DNA of 27,093 bases, from positions 1 through 27,093 of the forward strand of contig NEEC01000377.1 in NCBI GenBank assembly GCA_002189035.1, in the 5' to 3' direction. The notes below the pieces were generated by a model. The model saw only the letters and a list, made by a program, of their open reading frames with translations. It had not been told where the DNA came from and did not search any database. How positions within the stretch are numbered: position 1 is the stretch's first letter; every line of letters starts with the position of its first letter. Of the stretch, positions 14,225-26,260 are shown one piece after another. Made by a program: the position numbers and the translations under genes. The stretch comes from Utricularia gibba (lineage: Eukaryota; Plantae; Magnoliophyta).

Positions 14225-14828
14225 TTCGATTTGCATCCAGTTGACCTCATGAGCCATACAGAATCGGGGCAAGGACCAAGTTCCAGCGAGACTGGCCGCC
14301 ACAAAACGAGAAGCGGTTCCTTGAAAAACCATGTAGGCAGCCCCCGAAAACCGAACGATAATAAACATCACTTTATTTGCCGGGCTACAACTTACTTTGG
14401 CAAGCCTAAGCTGACTTTTCCGTTCAAGTGCACCCAAAGACCGCCTCTCAAGTATAAAGTAAGTTGTTGAAAAAATCATGTGGGGTGCACGTGATATCGC
14501 AATTTAAACAAATGCAACATTTTCATCGATTTGCATCCTTTTGTCCTCATGAGCCATAAAGAATCGGGCCCGGACCAAGTTCCTAGCGAGACTGGCCGCC
14601 ACAAAACGAGAAGCTGTTCCTTGAAAAACCATAGGCAACACCGAAAACCGAACGTTAATAAATACATCACTTTCTTTGCCGGGCTACAACTTACTTTGGC
14701 CAAGGCCTAAGCTGACTTTTTCCGTTCCAAGTGCCCCAAAGACCGCCTCTCAAGTATAAAGTAAGTTGTTGAAAAAATCATGTGGGGTGCACGTGATATC
14801 GCAATTTAAACAAATGCATCATTTTTTA

Positions 14829-15131
14829 ATCGATTTGCATCAGTTGACCTCATGAGCCATACAGAATCGGGGCAAGGACCAAGTTCCAGCGAGACTGGCC
14901 GCCACAAAACGAGAAGCTGTTCCTTGAAAAACCATGTAGGCAACACCGAAAACCGAACGTTAATAAATACATCACTTTCTTTGCCGGGCTACAACTTACT
15001 TTGCCAAGCCTAAGCTGACTTTTTCGGTTCCAAGTGCACCCAAAGACCGCCTCTCAAGTATAAAGTAATTGTTGAAAAAATCATGTGGGTGCACGTGACA
15101 TCATAATTTAAACAAATGCATCATTTTTTTA
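14829..15131 (+). repeat. Chimeric X-head/Y-tail monomer (phase break)
   Basis: X head (ATACAG, CAAGG), Y from GCTGTT onward; followed by X at 15132. Confidence 0.8.
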
Positions 15132-18100
15132 ATCGATTTGCATCCAGTTGACCTCATGAGCCATACAGAATCGGGGTCAAGGACCAAGTTCCCAGCGAGA
15201 CTGGCCGCCACAAAACGAGAAGCGGTTCCTTGAAAAACCATGTAGGCAGCCCCGAAAACCGAACGATAATAAATACATCACTTTATTTGCCGGACTACAA
15301 CTAACTCTCGTGCAAGCCAAACCTTACTTTGTCCCGTTCCAGGTGCACCCAAAGACCGCCTGCTCAAGTATAAGTAAGTTGTTGAAAAAATCATGTGGGG
15401 TGCACGTGATATCGCAATTTAAACAAATGCAACATTGTATTCATCGATTTGCATCCTTTTGTCCTCATGAGCCATAAAGAATCGCGGCCCGACCAAGTTC
15501 CTAGCGAGACTGGCCGCCAAAAACGAGAAGCTGTTCCTTGAAAAACCATGTAGGCAACACCGAAAACCGAACGTTAATAAATACATCACTTTCTTTGCCG
15601 GGCTACAACTTACTTTGGGCCAAGGCCTAAGCTGACCTTTTTCCGTTCCAAGTGCCCCCAAGACCGCCTCCTCATGTATAAAGTATGTTGTTAAAAAAAT
15701 CATGTGGGGTGCACGTGACATCGTAATTTAAACAAATGCATCATTTTTTTTAATCGATTTGCATCCAGTTGACCTCATGAGCCATACAGAATCGGGGTCA
15801 AGGACCAAGTTCCCAGCGAGACTGGCCGCCACAAAACGAGAAGCGGTTCCTTGAAAAACCATGTAGGCAGCCCCCGAAAACCGAACGATAATAAATACAT
15901 CACTTTATTTGCCGACTACAACTTACTAAGCCTAAACTTTTCCGTTCCAGTGCACCCAAGACCGCCTGCTCAAGTATAAAGTAAGTTGTTGAAAAAATCA
16001 TGTGGGGTGCACGTGATATCGCAATTTAAACAAATGCAACATTGTATTCATCGATTTGCATCCTTTTGTCCTCATGAGCCATAAAGAATCGCGGGCCCGG
16101 ACCAAGTTCCTAGCGAGACTGGCCGCCACAAAACGAGAAGCTGTTCCTTGAAAAACCATGTAGGCAACACCGAAAACCGAACGTTAATAAATACATCACT
16201 TTCTTTGCCGGGCTACAACTTACTTTGGGCCAAGGCCTAAGCTGACCTTTTTCCGGTTCCAAGTGCCCCCAAGACCGCCTCCTCATGTATAAAGTATGTT
16301 GTTAAAAAATCATGTGGGGTGCACGTGACATCGTAATTTAAACAAATGCATCATTTTTTTTAATCGATTTGCATCCAGTTGACCTCATGAGCCATACAGA
16401 ATCGGGGTCAAGGACCAAGTTCCCAGCGAGACTGGCCGCCACAAAACGAGAAGCGGTTCCTTGAAAAACCATGTAGGCAGCCCCGAAAACCGAACGATAA
16501 TAAATACATCACTTTATTTGCCGGACTACAACTAACTCTTGCAAGCCAAACCTACCTTTTGTCCGTTCCAGTGCACCCAAAGACCTGCTCAAGTATAAAG
16601 TAAGTTGTTGAAAAAATCATGTGGGGTGCACGTGATATCGCAATTTAAACAAATGCAACATTGTATTCATCGATTTGCATCCTTTTGTCCTCATGAGCCA
16701 TAAGAATCGGGCCCGGACCAAGTTCCTAGCGAGACTGGCCGCCACAAAACGAGAAGCTGTTCCTTGAAAAACCATGTAGGCAACACCGAAAACCGAACGT
16801 TAATAAATACATCACTTTCTTTGCCGGGCTACAACTTACTTTGGGCCAAGGCCTAAGCTGACCTTTTTCCGGTTCCAAGTGCCCCCCAAGACCGCCTCCT
16901 CATGTATAAAGTATTTGTTAAAAAAATCATGGGGGTGCACGTGACATCGTAATTTAAACAAATGCATCATTTTTTTTAATCGATTTGCATCCAGTTGACC
17001 TCATGAGCCATACAGAATCGGGGTCAAGGACCAAGTTCCCAGCGAGACTGGCCGCCACAAAACGAGAAGCGGTTCCTTGAAAAACCATGTAGGCAGCCCC
17101 CGAAAACCGAACGATAATAAATACATCACTTTATTTGCCGACTACAACTAACTTTGGGCAAGCCAAACTGACCTTTTTCCCGTTCCAGTGCCCCCAAAGA
17201 CCGCCTGCTCAAGTATAAAGTAAGTTGTTGAAAAAATCATGTGGGTGCACGTGATATCGCAATTTAAACAAATGCAACATTGTATTCATCGATTTGCATC
17301 CTTTTGTCCTCATGAGCCATAAAGAATCGCGGGCCCGGACCAAGTTCCTAGCGAGACTGGCCGCCACAAAACGAGAAGCTGTTCCTTGAAAAACCATGTA
17401 GGCAACACCGAAAACCGAACGTTAATAAATACATCACTTTCTTTGCCGGGCTACAACTTACTTTGGGCCAAGGCCTAAGCTGACCTTTTTCCGGTTCCAA
17501 GTGCCCCCCAAGACCGCCTCCTCATGTATAAAGTATGTTGTTAAAAAAATCATGTGGGGTGCACGTGACATCGTAATTTAAACAAATGCATCATTTTTTT
17601 TAATCGATTTGCATCCAGTTGACCTCATGAGCCATACAGAATCGGGGTCAAGGACCAAGTTCCCAGCGAGACTGGCCGCCACAAAACGAGAAGCGGTTCC
17701 TTGAAAAACCATGTAGGCAGCCCCGAAAACCGAACGATAATAAATACATCACTTTATTTGCCGGACTACAACTAACTCTCGTGCAAGCCAAACCTACCTT
17801 TGTCCGTTCCAGGTGCACCCAAAGACCGCCTGCTCAAGTATAAAGTAAGTTGTTGAAAAAATCATGTGGGGTGCACGTGATATCGCAATTTAAACAAATG
17901 CAACATTGTATTCATCGATTTGCATCCTTTTGTCCTCATGAGCCATAAAGAATCGCGGCCCGGACCAAGTTCCTAGCGAGACTGGCCGCCACAAAACGAG
18001 AAGCTGTTCCTTGAAAAACCATGTAGGCAACACCGAAAACCGAACGTTAATAAATACATCACTTTCTTTGCCGGGCTACAACTTACTTTGGGCCAAGGCC

Positions 18101-21100
18101 TAAGCTGACCTTTTTCCGGTTCCAAGTGCCCCCAAGACCGCCTCCTCATGTATAAAGTATGTTGTTAAAAAAAATCATGTGGGTGCACGTGACATCGTAA
18201 TTTAAACAAATGCATCATTTTTTTTAATCGATTTGCATCCAGTTGACCTCATGAGCCATACAGAATCGGGTCAAGGACCAAGTTCCAGCGAGACTGGCCG
18301 CCACAAAACGAGAAGCGGTTCCTTGAAAAACCATTAGGCAGCCCCGAAAACCGAACGATAATAAATACATCACTTTATTTGCCGGACTACAACTACTTTG
18401 GGCCAAGCCAACTGACTTTTCCGTTCCAAGTGCACCCAAAGACCGCCTCCTCAAGTATAAAGTAAGTTGTTGAAAAAATCATGTGGGGTGCACGTGATAT
18501 CGCAATTTAAACAAATGCAACATTGTATTCATCGATTTGCATCCTTTTGTCCTCATGAGCCATAAAGAATCGCGGGCCCGGACCAAGTTCCTAGCGAGAC
18601 TGGCCGCCACAAAACGAGAAGCTGTTCCTTGAAAAACCATGTAGGCAACACCGAAAACCGAACGTTAATAAATACATCACTTTCTTTGCCGGGCTACAAC
18701 TTACTTTGGGCCAAGCCTAAGCTGACCTTTTTCCGGTTCCAAGTGCCCCCCAAGACCGCCTCCTCATGTATAAAGTATGTTGTTAAAAAAATCATGTGGG
18801 GTGCACGTGACATCGTAATTTAAACAAATGCATCATTTTTTTTAATCGATTTGCATCCAGTTGACCTCATGAGCCATACAGAATCGGGGTCAAGGACCAA
18901 GTTCCCAGCGAGATTGGCCGCCACAAAACGAGAAGCGGTTCCTTGAAAAACCATGTAGGCAGCCCCCGAAAACCGAACGATAATAAATACATCACTTTAT
19001 TTGCCGGACTACAACTAACTCTCGGGCAAGCCAAACCTTACCTTTGTCCCGTTCCAGGTGCACCCAAAGACCGCCTGCTCAAGTATAAAGTAAGTTGTTG
19101 AAAAAATCATGTGGGGTGCACGTGATATCGCAATTTAAACAAATGCAACATTGTATTCATCGATTTGCATCCTTTTGTCCTCATGAGCCATAAAGAATCG
19201 CGGGCCCGGACCAAGTTCCTAGCGAGACTGGCCGCCACAAAACGAGAAGCTGTTCCTTGAAAAACCATGTAGGCAACACCGAAAACCGAACGTTAATAAA
19301 TACATCACTTTCTTTGCCGGGCTACAACTTACTTTGGGCCAAGGCCTAAGCTGACCTTTTTCCGGTTCCAAGTGCCCCCAAGACCGCCTCTCATGTATAA
19401 AGTATGTTGTTAAAAAAATCATGTGGGGTGCACGTGACATCGTAATTTAAACAAATGCATCATTTTTTTAATCGATTTGCATCCAGTTGACCTCATGAGC
19501 CATACAGAATCGGGTCAAGGACCAAGTTCCCAGCGAGACTGGCCGCCACAAAACGAGAAGCGGTTCCTTGAAAAACCATGTAGGCAGCCCCCGAAAACCG
19601 AACGATAATAAATACATCACTTTATTTGCCGGACTACAACTAACTCTCGGTGCAAGCCAAACCTTACCTTTGTCCCGTTCCAGGTGCACCCAAAGACCGC
19701 CTGCTCAAGTATAAAGTAAGTTGTTGAAAAAATCATGTGGGGTGCACGTGATATCGCAATTTAAACAAATGCAACATTGTATTCATCGATTTGCATCCTT
19801 TTGTCCTCATGAGCCATAAAGAATCGCGGGCCCGGACCAAGTTCCTAGCGAGACTGGCCGCCACAAAACGAGAAGCTGTTCCTTGAAAAACCATGTAGGC
19901 AACACCGAAAACCGAACGTTAATAAATACATCACTTTCTTTGCCGGGCTACAACTTACTTTGGGCCAAGGCCTAAGCTGATCTTTTTCCGGTTCCAAGTG
20001 CCCCAAAGACCGCCTCTCAAGTATAAAGTAAGTTGTTGAAAAAATCATGTGGGGTGCACGTGACATCATAATTTAAACAAATGCATCATTTTTTTTAATC
20101 GATTTGCATCCAGTTGACCTCATGAGCCATACAGAATCGGGGTCAAGGACCAAGTTCCCAGCGAGACTGGCCGCCACAAAACGAGAAGCGGTTCCTTGAA
20201 AAACCATGTAGGCAGCCCCGAAAACCGAACGATAATAAATACATCACTTTATTTGCCGGACTACAACTACTCTTGCAAGCCAAACCTTACCTTTGTCCCG
20301 TTCCAGGTGCACCCAAAGACCGCCTGCTCAAGTATAAAGTAAGTTGTTGAAAAAATCATGTGGGTGCACGTGATATCGCAATTTAAACAAATGCAACATT
20401 GTATTCATCGATTTGCATCCTTTTGTCCTCATGAGCCATAAAGAATCGCGGGCCCGGACCAAGTTCCTAGCGAGACTGGCCGCCACAAAACGAGAAGCTG
20501 TTCTTGAAAAACCATGTAGGCAACACCGAAAACCGAACGTTAATAAATACATCACTTTCTTTGCCGGGCTACAACTTACTTTGGGCCAAGGCCTAAGCTG
20601 ACCTTTTCCGGTTCCAAGTGCCCCCAAGACCGCCTCCTCATGTATAAAGTATGTTGTTAAAAAAATCATGTGGGGTGCACGTGACATCGTAATTTAAACA
20701 AATGCATCATTTTTTTTAATCGATTTGCATCCAGTTGACCTCATGAGCCATACAGAATCGGGGTCAAGGACCAAGTTCCAGCGAGACTGGCCGCCACAAA
20801 ACGAGAAGCGTTCCTTGAAAAACCATGTAGGCAGCCCCGAAAACCGAACGATAATAAATACATCACTTTATTTGCCGGACTACAACTACTTTGGTGCAAG
20901 CCAAACTTACTTTTTCCGTTCCAGGTGCACCCCAAGACCGCCTGCTCAAGTATAAAGTAAGTTGTTGAAAAAAATCATGTGGGGTGCACGTGATATCGCA
21001 ATTTAAACAAATGCAACATTGTATTCATCGATTTGCATCCTTTTGTCCTCATGAGCCATAAAGAATCGCGGGCCCGGACCAAGTTCCTAGCGAGACTGGC

Positions 21101-21339
21101 CGCCACAAAACGAGAAGCTGTTCCTTGAAAAACCATGTAGGCAACACCGAAAACCGAACGTTAATAAATACATCACTTTCTTTGCCGGGCTACAACTTAC
21201 TTTGGGCCAAGGCCTAAGCTGACCTTTTTCCGGTTCCAAGTGCCCCCAAGACCGCCTCCTCAAGTATAAAGTAAGTTGTTAAAAAATCATGTGGGGTGCA
21301 CGTGACATCGTAATTTAAACAAATGCATCATTTTTTTTA
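15132..21339 (+). repeat. Strict X-Y alternating dimeric higher-order repeat block (20 monomers)
   Basis: Units from 15132(X) to 21027(Y) alternate X/Y by head and junction diagnostics, although several X copies are degraded in the variable segment. Confidence 0.92.
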
Positions 21340-21910
21340 ATCGATTTGCATCCAGTTGACCTCATGAGCCATACAGAATCGGGGTCAAGGACCAAGTTCC
21401 CAGCGAGACTGGCCGCCACAAAACGAGAAGCGGTTCCTTGAAAAACCATGTAGGCAGCCCCGAAAACCGAACGATAATAAATACATCACTTTATTTGCCG
21501 GACTACAACTGGGCAAGCGTCCCGTTCCAGGTGCACCCAAAGACCGCCTCTCAAGTATAAAGTAAGTTGTTGAAAAAATCATGTGGGGTGCACGTGACAT
21601 CATAATTTAAACAAATGCATTTCGATTTGCATCCCCTCATGAGCCATACAGAATCGGGGTCAAGGACCAAGTTCCCAGCGAGACTGGCCGCCACAAAACG
21701 AGAAGCGTTCCTTGAAAAACCATGTAGGCAGCCCCGAAAACCGAACGATAATAAATACATCACTTTATTTGCCGGACTACAACTGGGCAAGCCAAACCTT
21801 TGTCCTTCCAGGTGCACCCAAAGACCGCCTCTCAAGTATAAAGTAAGTTGTTGAAAAAATCATGTGGGTGCACGTGATATCGCAATTTAAACAAATGCAA
21901 CATTGTATTC
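21340..21910 (+). repeat. Two shortened X-like monomers (about 282 and 289 bp), phase break
   Basis: Both lack much of the variable segment, and the junction at ~21615-21640 lacks the diagnostic blocks of both types. Confidence 0.75.
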
Positions 21911-24900
21911 ATCGATTTGCATCCTTTGTCCTCATGAGCCATAAAGAATCGACCAAGTTCCTAGCGAGACTGGCCGCCACAAAACGAGAAGCTGTTCCTT
22001 GAAAAACCATGTAGGCAACACCGAAAACCGAACGTTAATAAATACATCACTTTCTTTGCCGGCTACAACTTACTTTGGGCCAAGGCCTAAGCTGATCTTT
22101 TTCCGGTTCCAAGTGCCCCCAAGACCGCCTCCTCATGTATAAAGTATGTTGTTAAAAAAATCATGTGGGGTGCACGTGACATCGTAATTTAAACAAATGC
22201 ATCATTTTTTTTAATCGATTTGCATCCAGTTGACCTCATGAGCCATACAGAATCGGGGTCAAGGACCAAGTTCCCAGCGAGACTGGCCGCACAAAACGAG
22301 AAGCGGTTCCTTGAAAAACCATGTAGGCAGCCCCCGAAAACCGAACGATAATAAATACATCACTTTATTTGCCGGACTACAACTACTTTGGGCAAGCCAA
22401 ACTTACTTTTTCCGTTCCAGTGCCCCAAGACCGCCTGCTCAAGTATAAAGTAAGTTGTTGAAAAAATCATGTGGGGTGCACGTGATATCGCAATTTAAAC
22501 AAATGCAACATTGTATTCATCGATTTGCATCCTTTTGTCCTCATGAGCCATAAAGAATCGCGGGCCCGGACCAAGTTCCTAGCGAGACTGGCCGCCACAA
22601 AACGAGAAGCTGTTCCTTGAAAAACCATGTAGGCAACACCGAAAACCGAACGTTAATAAATACATCACTTTCTTTGCCGGGCTACAACTTACTTTGGGCC
22701 AAGGCCTAAGCTGACCTTTTTCCGGTTCCAAGTGCCCCCCAAGACCGCCTCCTCAAGTATAAAGTATGTTGTTAAAAAAATCATGTGGGGTGCACGTGAC
22801 ATCGTAATTTAAACAAATGCATCATTTTTTTTAATCGATTTGCATCCAGTTGACCTCATGAGCCATACAGAATCGGGGTCAAGGACCAAGTTCCCAGCGA
22901 GACTGGCCGCCACAAAACGAGAAGCGGTTCCTTGAAAAACCATGTAGGCAGCCCCGAAAACCGAACGATAATAAATACATCACTTTATTTGCCGGACTAC
23001 AACTAACTCTCGGTGCAAGCCAAACCTTACTTTGTCCCGTTCCAGGTGCACCCAAAGACCGCCTGCTCAAGTATAAAGTAAGTTGTTGAAAAAATCATGT
23101 GGGGTGCACGTGATATCGCAATTTAAACAAATGCAACATTGTATTCATCGATTTGCATCCTTTGTCCTCATGAGCCATAAAGAATCGCGGCCCGGACCAA
23201 GTTCCTAGCGAGACTGGCCGCCACAAAACGAGAAGCTGTTCCTTGAAAAACCATGTAGGCAACACCGAAAACCGAACGTTAATAAATACATCACTTTCTT
23301 TGCCGGGCTACAACTTACTTTGGGCCAAGGCCTAAGCTGACCTTTTTCCGGTTCCAAGTGCCCCAAGACCGCCTCCTCATGTATAAAGTATGTTGTTAAA
23401 AAATCATGTGGGGTGCACGTGACATCGTAATTTAAACAAATGCATCATTTTTTTTAATCGATTTGCATCCAGTTGACCTCATGAGCCATACAGAATCGGG
23501 GTCAAGGACCAAGTTCCCAGCGAGACTGGCCGCCACAAAACGAGAAGGTTCCTTGAAAAACCATGTAGGCAGCCCCCGAAAACCGAACGATAATAAATAC
23601 ATCACTTTATTTGCCGGACTACAACTAACTAAGGCCAAGACTTTTTCCGTTCCAGTGCACCCAAGACCGCCTCCTCAAGTATAAAGTAAGTTGTTGAAAA
23701 AATCATGTGGGGTGCACGTGATATCGCAATTTAAACAAATGCAACATTGTATTCATCGATTTGCATCCTTTTGTCCTCATGAGCCATAAAGAATCGCGGG
23801 CCCGGACCAAGTTCCTAGCGAGACTGGCCGCCACAAAACGAGAAGCTGTTCCTTGAAAAACCATGTAGGCAACACGAAAACCGAACGTTAATAAATACAT
23901 CACTTTCTTTGCCGGGCTACAACTTACTTTGGGCCAAGGCCTAAGCTGATCTTTTTCCGGTTCCAAGTGCACCCAAAGACCGCCTTCTCAAGTATAAAGT
24001 AAGTTGTTAAAAAATCATGTGGGGTGCACGTGACATCAATTTAAACAAATGCATCATTTTTTTTAATCGATTTGCATCCAGTTGACCTCATGAGCCATAC
24101 AGAATCGGGTCAAGGACCAAGTTCCCAGCGAGACTGGCCGCCACAAAACGAGAAGCGGTTCCTTGAAAAACCATGTAGGCAGCCCCCGAAAACCGAACGA
24201 TAATAAATACATCACTTTATTTGCCGGACTACAACTAACTCTCGGTGCAAGCCAAACCTTACCTTTGTCCCGTTCCAGGTGCACCCAAAGACCGCCTGCT
24301 CAAGTATAAAGTAAGTTGTTGAAAAAATCATGTGGGGTGCACGTGATATCGCAATTTAAACAAATGCAACATTGTATTCATCGATTTGCATCCTTTTGTC
24401 CTCATGAGCCATAAAGAATCGCGGGCCCGGACCAAGTTCCTAGCGAGACTGGCCGCCACAAAACGAGAAGCTGTTCCTTGAAAAACCATGTAGGCAACAC
24501 CGAAAACCGAACGTTAATAAATACATCACTTTCTTTGCCGGGCTACAACTTACTTTGGGCCAAGGCCTAAGCTGACCTTTTTCCGGTTCCAAGTGCCCCC
24601 AAGACCGCCTCTCATGTATAAAGTATGTTGTTAAAAAAATCATGTGGGGTGCACGTGACATCGTAATTTAAACAAATGCATCATTTTTTTTAATCGATTT
24701 GCATCCAGTTGACCTCATGAGCCATACAGAATCGGGGTCAAGGACCAAGTTCCCAGCGAGACTGGCCGCCACAAAACGAGAAGCGGTTCCTTGAAAAACC
24801 ATGTAGGCAGCCCCGAAAACCGAACGATAATAAATACATCACTTTATTTGCCGGACTACAACTAACTCTGGGCAAGCCAAACCTTACCTTTTCCCGTTCC

Positions 24901-25945
24901 AGTGCACCCCAAGACCGCCTGCTCAAGTATAAAGTAAGTTGTTGAAAAAATCATGTGGGGTGCACGTGATATCGCAATTTAAACAAATGCAACATTGTAT
25001 TCATCGATTTGCATCCTTTTGTCCTCATGAGCCATAAAGAATCGCGGGCCCGGACCAAGTTCCTAGCGAGACTGGCCGCCACAAAACGAGAAGCTGTTCC
25101 TTGAAAAACCATGTAGGCAACACCGAAAACCGAACGTTAATAAATACATCACTTTCTTTGCCGGGCTACAACTTACTTTGGGCCAAGGCCTAAGCTGATC
25201 TTTTTCCGGTTCCAAGTGCCCCCAAGACGCCTTCTCATGTATAAAGTATGTTGTTAAAAAAATCATGTGGGGTGCACGTGACATCGTAATTTAAACAAAT
25301 GCATCATTTTTTTTAATCGATTTGCATCCAGTTGACCTCATGAGCCATACAGAATCGGGGTCAAGGACCAAGTTCCCAGCGAGACTGGCCGCCACAAAAC
25401 GAGAAGCGGTTCCTTGAAAAACCATGTAGGCAGCCCCCGAAAACCGAACGATAATAAATACATCACTTTATTTGCCGGACTACAACTAACTCTCGGTGCA
25501 AGCCAAACCTTACCTTTGTCCCGTTCCAGGTGCACCCAAAGACCGCCTGCTCAAGTATAAAGTAAGTTGTTGAAAAAATCATGTGGGGTGCACGTGATAT
25601 CGCAATTTAAACAAATGCAACATTGTATTCATCGATTTGCATCCTTTTGTCCTCATGAGCCATAAAGAATCGCGGGCCCGGACCAAGTTCCTAGCGAGAC
25701 TGGCCGCCACAAAACGAGAAGCTGTTCCTTGAAAAACCATGTAGGCAACACCGAAAACCGAACGTTAATAAATACATCACTTTCTTTGCCGGGCTACAAC
25801 TTACTTTGGGCCAAGGCCTAAGCTGATCTTTTTCCGGTTCCAAGTGCCCCCAAGACCGCCTCTCATGTATAAAGTAAGTTGTTGAAAAAAATCATGTGGG
25901 GTGCACGTGACATCATAATTTAAACAAATGGATCATTTTTTTTTA

Positions 25946-26260
25946 ATCGATTTGCATCCAGTTGACCTCATGAGCCATACAGAATCGGGGTCAAGGACCA
26001 AGTTCCCAGCGAGACTGGCCGCCACAAAACGAGAAGCGGTTCCTTGAAAAACCATGTAGGCAGCCCCCGAAAACCGAACGATAATAAATACATCACTTTA
26101 TTTGCCGGACTACAACTAACTCTCGGTGCAAGCCAAACCTTACCTTTGTCCCGTTCCAGGTGCACCCAAAGACCGCCTGCTCAAGTATAAAGTAAGTTGT
26201 TGAAAAAATCATGTGGGGTGCACGTGATATCGCAATTTAAACAAATGCAACATTGTATTC
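25946..26260 (+). repeat. Representative type-X monomer (315 bp)
   Basis: Diagnostic words: CATCCAGTTGA, ATACAG, GGGGTCAAGG, CCCAGC, GCGGTT, GCAGCCCC, GATAAT, CTAACTCTCGGTGCAAGCCAAACC, CCTGCTC, GATATCGCA, GCAACATTGTATTC. Confidence 0.97.

Noticed and set aside
25989-26000. tRNA/Pol III type-2 B-box-like words (GGTCAAGGAC, GTTCCAAGT)
   Set aside because: They do not fit GWTCRANNC, and no A box or cloverleaf is evident.
26066-26080. CENP-B box (minus strand, CCCG...CGAA)
   Set aside because: The spacing between CCCG and CGAA is 5 nt instead of 7 and the conserved T is absent.
26026-26103. Helically phased A-tracts (intrinsic curvature)
   Set aside because: Spacings are about 21, 23, 16 and 11 bp, not consistently ~10.5-bp multiples; a curvature computation would be needed.
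26149-26178. G-quadruplex/i-motif potential from C runs
   Set aside because: Only a mix of 2- and 3-nt runs is present, not four G3+ tracts with short loops.
26130-26228. Budding-yeast point centromere (CDEI match RTCACGTG on minus strand)
   Set aside because: No ~80-bp >85% AT CDEII and no correctly placed CDEIII follow, and point centromeres are not tandemly arrayed.
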